A stretch of 64,000 bases of DNA from Bacillota bacterium. Its GTDB lineage: Bacteria > Bacillota > Dehalobacteriia > UBA4068 > UBA4997. The stretch's first letter is position 1; each line of letters starts with the position of its first letter. Position numbers and translations under genes: made by a program. Location of the stretch: the NCBI GenBank assembly GCA_021771915.1, contig JAETNY010000002.1, positions 141,825 to 205,824 on the forward strand, written 5' to 3'. Positions 1 to 7,977 of the stretch are shown one piece after another. The notes under the pieces are model-generated. The model saw nothing but the letters and a program-made list of their open reading frames with translations, was not told where the DNA came from and did not search any database.

Positions 1-495
1 TCACATAGTTATACCCACCCTTTTCAATAGCCGTAACCTGCTTGTCCACACCATTAAGCCGGATTTTAAGCTGTTTCTCCACTTCCTCACCTCCTAACCG
101 CTCTCTGATGAACGCCAGAGGGTCAATACTTGCCGGGTAGTGATACGTCCCCTTATGTACCTCCAAATGCAGGTGCTTGCCGGTGACATTGCCGGTAGCC
201 CCTCCACACCCAGCGCCGTCTTTTCGTCAACCCTCATGCCCGGCTTAACATAAACTGTACGCATATGCGCATAAAGTGTCAGATAACCGTCAGAGTGCTG
301 CACATAAACACAGTTGCCATAACTGCCGCTGCTGGTTACTTTCAGCACATAACCCTCGTAAAGCGGATAAATCAAACCGTCACCGCCATAGTTTGCAGAA
401 AGAGAATCCAAACCGCTATGGAAGCCGCACTTCCAATATTTGCCCTTACTGCCATATTTGGTGCCAAGCTTGTATTTATTAAACGGATAACGCAT
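1..495 (-). pseudogene. M23-family peptidase at the endolysin position. 3' end runs off the window; apparent -1 frameshift
   Basis: N-terminal part has GFHSGLD and GSYGNCVYVQHSDGYLTLYAHM motifs (HxxxD plus the LYAHL-type M23 signature). The catalytic GATGNVTGKHLHLEVHKG continues in the -1 frame after a C4/G4 run at 198-201. The corrected frame has no stop before position 1. Confidence 0.55.
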
Positions 496-813
496 TTATT
501 TGCCCTCCACATAAGACTGCGCATAGCTGTTGCCGGCCAGCATTAAACGCATTCTCTCCAGCGCCTTGTCCACCATTTCAGCAAACATCTTAAACGGAAC
601 CAGAACTGACAGCAGCGGAAACTTTTCCAGAAACTTATCATAAACCTGCCGCAGTTTCAGCTGACCGGTGCCGCTGCCCAGTTGCTTCTCGGCTTCAGTT
701 ACCACGCCCAGCAGCCATTCCTGCACATCGGTCAGGCGCACATAAAACAGGGCGACACACAGAGCCAGCAGCCCAACAACAATATACCAATTTTCAACAA
801 TGTAATTCATCAT
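496..813 (-). CDS. Phage holin, LL-H-like family
   Basis: N-terminal TM segment followed by EKQLGSGTGQLKLRQVYDKF, which resembles the LL-H holin signature (ATEKLLGTTTGSEKKQY). Sits directly upstream of the peptidase gene. Confidence 0.5.
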   Translation of the reverse strand: MMNYIVENWYIVVGLLALCVALFYVRLTDVQEWLLGVVTEAEKQLGSGTGQLKLRQVYDKFLEKFPLLSVLVPFKMFAEMVDKALERMRLMLAGNSYAQSYVEGK

Positions 814-1066
814 TTGATACCTCGCTTTCGTAATTAAACGGATTACCATCCGCGTCCAAGCCGTGCTTATTCCGACTTAGCTTCTCGGTAGTGCTTTTGG
901 CCGCATATGTAACCAGATAGCCAATGCAACCGGTAAATATGGTAGTGGTTACATCACTGACCGACTGCTTGTCCAAAGCAGCCAGCGCATAGGACAAGGC
1001 CGCAGCCAAAGTAGCCACCACCACCGCCCAAGCTGCCAGCTTTTTACTAAACTCCCACTTTCGCAT
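794..1066 (-). CDS. Small two-TM membrane protein (holin-like or lysis accessory)
   Basis: 90 aa with two hydrophobic helices (AAWAVVVATLAAALSYALAAL, TIFTGCIGYLVTYAA) inside the lysis cassette. Confidence 0.35.
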   Translation of the reverse strand: MRKWEFSKKLAAWAVVVATLAAALSYALAALDKQSVSDVTTTIFTGCIGYLVTYAAKSTTEKLSRNKHGLDADGNPFNYESEVSNDELHC

Positions 1067-1075
1067 AAACCCCTC

Positions 1076-1396
1076 CTACACAATGCCGATATGTGCCAAC
1101 AAAACGCCGATAATACCGCCAACCACTGCCAGCAAAGCCCCCTCAACCAACCGTTCCTGCAAACGCCCCGGCCTGTCCTGCTGATGTTCCTGCCAGTCTA
1201 TGAGTTTGTCCAGCTTATCATTAATGGTTTTGTCTCGCTCTTCTTGCACGGCTGCCAGCTGTTCCAGTTCCCTTAACCGGCTGAAAATGTCCTGATGGTC
1301 AGCATTTTTTCGTTTTTGGAAATCCTTAAACTGGTCTTCAAGCGTTTTCACTCGCTGCCCAAGATAGCAATTTCGCTCGCCACATTTTTCTTCCAC
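1076..1396 (-). CDS. XhlA-like protein (coiled-coil N-terminus, C-terminal TM)
   Basis: Coiled-coil region plus terminal TM helix ALLAVVGGIIGVLLAHIGIV. Position matches xhlA in the PBSX lysis cassette. Confidence 0.4.
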   Translation of the reverse strand: MEEKCGERNCYLGQRVKTLEDQFKDFQKRKNADHQDIFSRLRELEQLAAVQEERDKTINDKLDKLIDWQEHQQDRPGRLQERLVEGALLAVVGGIIGVLLAHIGIV

Positions 1397-1589
1397 ACAA
1401 ATCAGTCCTCCTTTTTATTTTTGCTCGCCGGATTTACTTTCTCGTCAATTTCTTTTTCCAGCTGCTTATAATCCAACTGTTTCACCTCCCAAGATTTCAT
1501 TTGCCTGCTCCGCGGTTAACCAGCGCGGCGCAAAATTTCTGACCTGATTTTCGGTAATTTTGCCCATTTGATATTGCAACTTAATAAAA

Positions 1590-2003
1590 TCAAACAATTT
1601 CGTCATCTCCTAACACCATAGCCATTGTTAGCATGGCACTCTCCATGGCCGCAAGCCTTTCCTCATATGTTGGTATAGCCGGCTGTTTAGGCATTGCCGC
1701 CCTGTCTGCTTCAATCTCCGTTTCATCTCTGGCAATAACCTGCTGGCCGTCCCATTTATAAAGAGGTATGCCGTCCATTGTAAACAGGCTGGGGTTTTCC
1801 TCACCCTCCGGCCAAAGCCTGAACTGATAGCCGCCCTGTTTGTTGATAACAATGCTGTTTTCTGTGGCTGGAGCAAAAGCGTCAGACCAGCCTTTAACAA
1901 TTCTGTTTTGTTCGTCCACTTCGACAAAGTGCTGATTGGAAACCGGTTCAAAAGCAATTTCCTGCTCCTCGATTATGGTTTCTGCAAAATCTAATTCATT
2001 CAT
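1590..2003 (-). CDS. Hypothetical protein after the tail fibre (XkdW-position)
   Basis: 137-aa acidic protein immediately downstream of the fibre gene. Confidence 0.3.
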   Translation of the reverse strand: MNELDFAETIIEEQEIAFEPVSNQHFVEVDEQNRIVKGWSDAFAPATENSIVINKQGGYQFRLWPEGEENPSLFTMDGIPLYKWDGQQVIARDETEIEADRAAMPKQPAIPTYEERLAAMESAMLTMAMVLGDDEIV

Positions 2004-2015
2004 AGGTTACCTCCT

Positions 2016-3035
2016 TTATAAATTGTTATCAATACATAAAAAAGTAGAAACATTAGTTGTATCAACCATTCCAGTCATTCCTGCTGTTAGTCCCGGCGTT
2101 TCATATGTAATATAACAACAATTTTCTGACAAAAACACACTTTCAGGTTGTTGTGTTGAAGAAATCGTACCAACTGCTTTAATTTGATTAGCAATTTGAA
2201 CTAACCTAAGACTTCCAGAGCTTAAAATTTTTACAGCAGGAATGGATTTGCGCTGTGTAGTTGGTAAAGTTACTGCTATCCTTGTAAAAATTTTATTACC
2301 GCTCGTTCCTATTTCAAAAGTTCCTATATGCCTGTTGTTACCACCACCTACTACGAACTGATACTCCTGGCATTTTGCCAACTCCACACTTTTGACAGGC
2401 GGTGGGTCATTTAATACCCAAACATCGCCCTCTTTGTGTGCAAGTGTTTGAACGGGACCAAGTTCGAGTTTGGCGGCTATTATTTCAGTAAAGTTTGCAG
2501 GCTGTGCAGAAATAGTTACTGACAATACACCATTTTCATTTCGCATAAATATAGCACCTTTTGAATATAGTGTCTGCAAAAACTGAATTGTGCCATTTGG
2601 TATAGTTCCAGTTATAGTTGTAAATTCGTTATTTTGAAACAAAAATGAAAGAGAAACAATTTTACCAAATAAATACTCCGATAAATTTTCTGATAAAGTC
2701 TGTCTATAATAACCATTAGCATTATCTAACGCTGTTAATGTAATGTACCCGTTGTGTAAGGTTACACTTTCCACACCACTCCATATTCTCCACCTGTCAA
2801 TCGTATAACCACTAGCTGTATACTCGCTTTGCCCGTTCCTGTTTACCGGGTTTCTGAAGTCTGCATTGATTAGCAGGTTGGGGTTGCTCGGCCAAACGCC
2901 CGTCCTCTTTATATGATAATCCGATAAAACTGCAAACGGCACCAACCCCGTTCCCTGCGCCGCGCAATCCGCCAAAAGGCAGTCGCTATCCGCCAACTGC
3001 CCGGCGGCAATTTTCGGCAAATCTTTCGTTTTCAT
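2016..3035 (-). CDS. Tail fibre / receptor-binding protein
   Basis: 339 aa. Motif NLLINADFRNPVNRNGQ is typical of Firmicute myophage fibre proteins. Follows the tail-collar fibre gene. Confidence 0.5.
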   Translation of the reverse strand: MKTKDLPKIAAGQLADSDCLLADCAAQGTGLVPFAVLSDYHIKRTGVWPSNPNLLINADFRNPVNRNGQSEYTASGYTIDRWRIWSGVESVTLHNGYITLTALDNANGYYRQTLSENLSEYLFGKIVSLSFLFQNNEFTTITGTIPNGTIQFLQTLYSKGAIFMRNENGVLSVTISAQPANFTEIIAAKLELGPVQTLAHKEGDVWVLNDPPPVKSVELAKCQEYQFVVGGGNNRHIGTFEIGTSGNKIFTRIAVTLPTTQRKSIPAVKILSSGSLRLVQIANQIKAVGTISSTQQPESVFLSENCCYITYETPGLTAGMTGMVDTTNVSTFLCIDNNL

Positions 3036-3048
3036 TAATTAATTCCTC

Positions 3049-3666
3049 CTATCTTAATCTGGCGTAAGCCAAAATCTGCTCGCCGGAATTGGTCGTAAGC
3101 TTATTGCCGTTATTATCACTAAGCGAGGCCACAACCTCGCCGCTGATAATCTCTCCTGCCAGTTTGTCTATGGCCGCCGCCAATTCTTCCGACATCACCC
3201 AAGCCCCTGCCGGGTAATTCAAATTTACCTCCGGGTCTGCGGACAAAGCAATGCTCACCGGATACCTGCGCACGTCCACCGCGCTGCCGTTAAATGCCGA
3301 AACATACTGCGGATAATCCCCCAAAGTGGCATAATAAAGCAAAATTTCCTCGCCGTCCGCCTCTCTGGCATATACCCCGAACTCATTCAGCAAAAAGCCC
3401 TCGGTAAGGCCGCCATTTAAGTCACTGCGGTACTCCACAATGAAACTGACCTGCTCATTCTCCACCTGCGGCACGGTTGAAGTCGCCAAAGCTACTGGCT
3501 GTACCAACTCCGTTATTTCTGACGGATTAACACCATCCGGCACTTTACCGCTGCCCACCATAACTTTAGTTATTTTCAGCTGGCTGCCAGTCAGCAGTTC
3601 AGCCAACAACCTCCAGCCCTGTTTGGTTATTGTAAAACCATAATCCATTTTCAGACCACCTCCCAT
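3049..3666 (-). CDS. Phage tail-collar fibre protein (DUF3751-like N-domain)
   Basis: N-terminus YGFTITKQGWRLLAELLTGSQLKITKVMVGSGK resembles tail-collar fibre proteins. Confidence 0.45.
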   Translation of the reverse strand: MGGGLKMDYGFTITKQGWRLLAELLTGSQLKITKVMVGSGKVPDGVNPSEITELVQPVALATSTVPQVENEQVSFIVEYRSDLNGGLTEGFLLNEFGVYAREADGEEILLYYATLGDYPQYVSAFNGSAVDVRRYPVSIALSADPEVNLNYPAGAWVMSEELAAAIDKLAGEIISGEVVASLSDNNGNKLTTNSGEQILAYARLR

Positions 3667-4400
3667 TTTCTATCTATAATATTGTTCATTGCACCAGCAC
3701 TGTGAATAACGGCTGTTAATTGTTGCTGCCATGGTATTGGCGACAATGCTGTTTCTGTCATATTCAAATTATCTGCTGCTGTATATACCAGCTGCTGCAT
3801 TGACTTCTCCCAAACCAACTGCGGCAAAACAGTGCTGCTCATACTGCCAGCTAACACTCCACCCAGATGCGCCTCCACCTGCTTTGGCGAGGACTGTAAA
3901 ACCGTTTCCAGCAGGATATGAGCCGGCCTGATTGGCCGCAAAATCGTCAAAATCTCACGCAACAGAACGCTCGGCTCAGGCACTCGGTCATGCTCCAGCA
4001 CAATACTAATCGTGTAATCCTGCACGTCAGCCCGGTAATTTCCAGCACCGCATATATTATCCAGCCAATTCCGCAGCCAGCGCAGAGTATAGGGCGGCTG
4101 CCGCTGCCAGGCTGCCTTGATGCGCGCCCGGCGCAGGCTTAAGCTTTCCGTGTCTTTAGCGAAAATGCCCAACTCACGCTCCCAAACCGCCAAACCACCG
4201 CCGTCCGCTTCCTCTAAAAACTGATTGCCCAGCACCCGGTTTAACCCCTGCCAAACCAGCCTGATTTCCGGCTCGTTGGCCGCGTTGATGGCCGCAAACT
4301 CCTCCACCTGTTGCAAAAAAGGCGGCAGATAATCCAACAAATGCCGCTCCGCGTTCTCCCGATTAAAGGCAATCGGCTCAAATTCAACCATTGACATCGC
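3651..4400 (-). CDS. XkdU-like (DUF2313/YmfQ family) baseplate protein
   Basis: Position after baseplate J. Likely start at MSMVEFEPIAF; the longer upstream start would overlap the J gene by 130 nt. Confidence 0.5.
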   Translation of the reverse strand, partial: AMSMVEFEPIAFNRENAERHLLDYLPPFLQQVEEFAAINAANEPEIRLVWQGLNRVLGNQFLEEADGGGLAVWERELGIFAKDTESLSLRRARIKAAWQRQPPYTLRWLRNWLDNICGAGNYRADVQDYTISIVLEHDRVPEPSVLLREILTILRPIRPAHILLETVLQSSPKQVEAHLGGVLAGSMSSTVLPQLVWEKSMQQLVYTAADNLNMTETALSPIPWQQQLTAVIHSAGAMNNIIDRKWEVV

Positions 4401-5580
4401 CCCTTTTCGGTATGCTGTCCGCTGCCAGCTGCAAATTGGCCTCCTGCCCGTTAATTCTGGTGCCGCCAATATCCGCCACCATAGCCGCGCAGCCGGCCAA
4501 AATACGGCTTTCAATCTGGGAAATACGCACAGTCAGAAAATCGCTTTCCGGCCAGCCGGCGGCCAACTCGGCAAAATATGCGTCCACCACCGCCAGAATG
4601 TAGCTTTGCGCGGCCGGCCAATCCCAGCCCGGCGCATAGGTCAGGTGCAATTCCACGTCCACCGGCTCCGCCTGCACCCCCACAACCTGCACCACATGGC
4701 CAATCGGCGCCAGCCCCAGCCCCTCGCCGGCGTTTTGCTCCGGGTCAATCAGCTCCTGCACCCGGTCAATTAATTCAGCCGTAGGAGCGCTGCCGTCGGC
4801 CGCCTGGATAACCAGCCTGACCACACCGCCCACCGTCAGCCATTTATCCGCCGCCGCATTGTAAACCGCTTGCAGCCAGCCGGCCACCTCTGCCGGCAGG
4901 CTGGCAATATTGGCCGCATACCACGATTGCACTGCCGCATTAGGGATAAACTTCGCCGGGCGCAGACCGCCGTTCCACACCGGGTAAACCTTAACGCCGC
5001 CCACCCCGGAGATTGCCAGAACCTGCGCCCGATAATCCGCCTGGTTGCCGCCGAAAGCCTGTGCCTGCAAGCTGTCCAGCACTCGCTGGCGAAAAGTTTC
5101 CGTTTCCTCCTCATCATCGCCGGGAATAAGCAGTTCCACCAACTCCGCCCGGGTCAGGCCGTTGATATAGTCAATAGGTATTAACTGCCCGGCATAGCTG
5201 TTAGCCAGACTGCCCGGCGTTTCACAAATCACCTGCCAGCCGTCCGCCAATTTGGTGGTTACTACAAAATTCAAATCTCGGCAGGAAAAACGGCTGCCAA
5301 CTGGAACTTCCACGTCAAACTCCGCCCGGAATACCGCCTCGCTGGCCGGCTTAGGCGTAAGACCTCGCTCCGCCGCTCTTTTAATCAGATACTCCCGGGG
5401 CGCGCTGGAAATGTAAGTGGCCTGCAAAACAAAATCCAGACCCAGATACAGCAGCGCCAACTCCGCCATGGCCGGCGCAATCCCGTCCCAGAGCATGGAG
5501 CCCTCGCGCTTGTCCATATCGGCCGGAAGTCTGGCAAGGGCGCTTTGCATTAACACCGAATAACTCTTATCCTCAAACAT
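4384..5580 (-). CDS. Baseplate J-like protein (XkdT-like)
   Basis: 398 aa. N-terminal region SVLMQSALARLPADMDKREGSMLWDGIAPAMAEL is typical of the baseplate J family. Conserved position between XkdS-like and XkdU-like genes. Confidence 0.65.
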   Translation of the reverse strand: MFEDKSYSVLMQSALARLPADMDKREGSMLWDGIAPAMAELALLYLGLDFVLQATYISSAPREYLIKRAAERGLTPKPASEAVFRAEFDVEVPVGSRFSCRDLNFVVTTKLADGWQVICETPGSLANSYAGQLIPIDYINGLTRAELVELLIPGDDEEETETFRQRVLDSLQAQAFGGNQADYRAQVLAISGVGGVKVYPVWNGGLRPAKFIPNAAVQSWYAANIASLPAEVAGWLQAVYNAAADKWLTVGGVVRLVIQAADGSAPTAELIDRVQELIDPEQNAGEGLGLAPIGHVVQVVGVQAEPVDVELHLTYAPGWDWPAAQSYILAVVDAYFAELAAGWPESDFLTVRISQIESRILAGCAAMVADIGGTRINGQEANLQLAADSIPKRGDVNG

Positions 5581-5996
5581 CAGAAATTAACCTCCTTTTG
5601 GGCAATCAGGCTGCCGAAAATAGTCTGCACTTCAAAGCTGACCTGCACCACGCCTTTGCGCAGCAAATTGAAATCAAAGCCGCCCACCCCGGTTATGCGG
5701 CTGTCGGCCAGCAGGGCTTCGGTGATGCGCCGCTCAATCTCCGGACAGACGAAAGAAACCGGCCGGCCGAACAAATCACCCAGCTCCACGCCATAATCGT
5801 AAGAATAAATCAGATAACGGTAACGCTCGGTGTTGATGATTTTGTAAACCGCCTGCCGCATGGCGGCCAGACCGTCCACCCGGCCACGCACCCGGTTCGC
5901 TCCCTCCGGCAAATTCAGCCCCCTGGTCAGCGTCGGCTGCTCCACAATCTGCAAATCGCTGTTCAGCAGCGGCGTTATGCTCGGTATCATTGCCAA
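5580..5996 (-). CDS. XkdS-like (DUF2634) baseplate protein
   Basis: 138 aa with motif YSYDYGVELGDLFGRP. Confidence 0.5.
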   Translation of the reverse strand: MAMIPSITPLLNSDLQIVEQPTLTRGLNLPEGANRVRGRVDGLAAMRQAVYKIINTERYRYLIYSYDYGVELGDLFGRPVSFVCPEIERRITEALLADSRITGVGGFDFNLLRKGVVQVSFEVQTIFGSLIAQKEVNF

Positions 5997-6469
5997 TCCC
6001 CTTTCACAATAGCTTCGGACACTCTGTCCAGCACCAGATATTTCTGGCCGCCCGGCCAGCGCAGCAGCAAAACCCTTTCGCCAACTTGCAGACCGTTATA
6101 AATCCGCAGCTGCTTGCGCCCCTTAATCGCGTGCTTATGCGTGGTGTTCAGATTGCCTTCGTCGCATGAGCCGCCGCCGGTGTAGGTGTCGCTTATGGCG
6201 TGGGTGTGCCGGCCGTTCAGGAAACTGTCGTTCTCGGTGTGGGTGCAGATTTCCACGTCAACCAGAATGTCCTGCACCGCGCTCGTCAATTCCAGCTGCT
6301 CCGCCTCCAGCAACAGCTTCTGCTCGGCCATAATTTGCAGCGGCTCCACCGCCATAACCGTACCATAGCAAAATGCCGCCGGTTTGCCGGCTGCCACCGC
6401 CTCCACCGCGGCGCGTTTCATTACCTGTAAAAATTCCGTATAATCCGCCATTTTTTCACCTCCTGCCAA
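5987..6469 (-). CDS. XkdR-position baseplate protein with a His/Cys-rich insertion
   Basis: 160 aa. The central segment ICTHTENDSFLNGRHTHAISDTYTGGGSCDEGNLNTTHKH is rich in His and Cys. Confidence 0.35.
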   Translation of the reverse strand: MAGGEKMADYTEFLQVMKRAAVEAVAAGKPAAFCYGTVMAVEPLQIMAEQKLLLEAEQLELTSAVQDILVDVEICTHTENDSFLNGRHTHAISDTYTGGGSCDEGNLNTTHKHAIKGRKQLRIYNGLQVGERVLLLRWPGGQKYLVLDRVSEAIVKGDWQ

Positions 6470-7444
6470 TCAGGCAATAAATTCGCCGCCGCGCAGCGTT
6501 AAATCCATAAAACGCTCGCTCTCCCGAAACGTGTGGCAAACATTTTCCACCAGCATATAAGTGTTGGCAATAATATCGCCCAAATCCAGCGCCACGCCCA
6601 GCAGGCAGCCGGCGCGCACTCTCGCGTCCCCCAGAGCGTTCTTAATCTTCAGCCGCCGCGTTTTGCTGTTATACAATTTCAACAGCGCGTCCGCTTTGGC
6701 CTGACCATTTTCCTCGGCCTGCACAGTGTCGAAATATTGCAGCAACCCCCACTGGTTAATATGCTCGCCGTCTTTAGCAATATAGCTTTCCCATTTGCCG
6801 CTTTCCCGGTTGGGATATGACAATTTGACCTGATTATACGTCTGCTCGTCAATGCTGCTGGTATAGTCAAAATCCCCGGCTGCCGACGCGTTGATGAGTA
6901 TATCCAGCCGCATACTGGCAATGTTTTTCAGCGTCAGGCTGCCAAAATCGTCATAGAGAACGAACATCTGCCCCTTGTGCGTCAGCTCCAAATCCAGCGC
7001 CGTTTCAATCATATCCAGCAGCGTCACATTTCCCTCGCTGCGGAACGGTATCACGTATGAGGTCGGCTCAATCTCGCCCAAATGCAGCTTTTTATCAGCG
7101 GCAATCAGCTGCACCACCTCCGCCGCCGTGCTGTTTTTATATGTCAGAATATCCTTGTTTTTCAGGTACCTAATCTGGTCGTATGCCGTGCACTCAATCG
7201 CCCCGGCCTTATCCCGGCGCTTAACAAAGATATATCCAAAAAACAGCGGCTTGTCGTCCACCTGCAATGTCACTGATGAACCCTCGGCAAAACCACCGAT
7301 TTCGCCCATGGCTTCGTCTTTAAGCACCGTAAATTTCAGCGTCCCGGGGGAACCGCGCCTGCTGGTGGTAAGCGTGACGCCCTCCGCCGTCGGCGGAAAA
7401 AAACTTAAACCTTTCTCATTGGTAATCATCAATGTTACTGCCAC
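6470..7444 (-). CDS. XkdQ-like / late control D-like tail protein
   Basis: 324 aa, conserved position after the tape measure. Confidence 0.5.
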   Translation of the reverse strand: MAVTLMITNEKGLSFFPPTAEGVTLTTSRRGSPGTLKFTVLKDEAMGEIGGFAEGSSVTLQVDDKPLFFGYIFVKRRDKAGAIECTAYDQIRYLKNKDILTYKNSTAAEVVQLIAADKKLHLGEIEPTSYVIPFRSEGNVTLLDMIETALDLELTHKGQMFVLYDDFGSLTLKNIASMRLDILINASAAGDFDYTSSIDEQTYNQVKLSYPNRESGKWESYIAKDGEHINQWGLLQYFDTVQAEENGQAKADALLKLYNSKTRRLKIKNALGDARVRAGCLLGVALDLGDIIANTYMLVENVCHTFRESERFMDLTLRGGEFIA

Positions 7445-7977
7445 ATTGCCCTCCTTTGTCCGTCCGGCTCCGGCGCGCTATCCGCCGCCCGGCTGGAACT
7501 AACCCCCATTAATGTTTCGCCACTCTCATTCTGGCTTAGCTGCACCGTCTGGGTGCCATAATCCCGGTATTGTTTCAGTCGGATTTTCACCATAATGTCA
7601 AAGCCGTTTTGGGCTTCTTCGGTTATGGTATAGTCCTCCAGACTGACTTTGATATTGTTGCTGAAAAGCACCCGACCATTGGGCATTGCCCTTGCCACAA
7701 TGAACTGAAACGGTTTGCGGTTGACTTTCAGCTGCTCAAAATGCGCCAGAAAGTAAGCGGCCGGCTTAAAGCCGTCCTCATAAACCGCAAAGGGATATTG
7801 CTGCTGCGGCAACCGGCATTCAAACTCAACCTCGGTCAGCCCGGCACGCTTCAGCAGATTTATTTCCCCCAAATCAATTAAAACGTAAGTGCTGTTCTGG
7901 TTGGCAATGCTCATTTTCATTTGCTCCGGCGCCACCGGCAGCAGCAGACCGTCTAAATAAAAATCGTATTGGCTCAT
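7435..7977 (-). CDS. Tail protein at the XkdP position (no LysM seen)
   Basis: 180 aa ORF translationally coupled to the tape-measure gene. Confidence 0.3.
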   Translation of the reverse strand: MSQYDFYLDGLLLPVAPEQMKMSIANQNSTYVLIDLGEINLLKRAGLTEVEFECRLPQQQYPFAVYEDGFKPAAYFLAHFEQLKVNRKPFQFIVARAMPNGRVLFSNNIKVSLEDYTITEEAQNGFDIMVKIRLKQYRDYGTQTVQLSQNESGETLMGVSSSRAADSAPEPDGQRRAMWQ

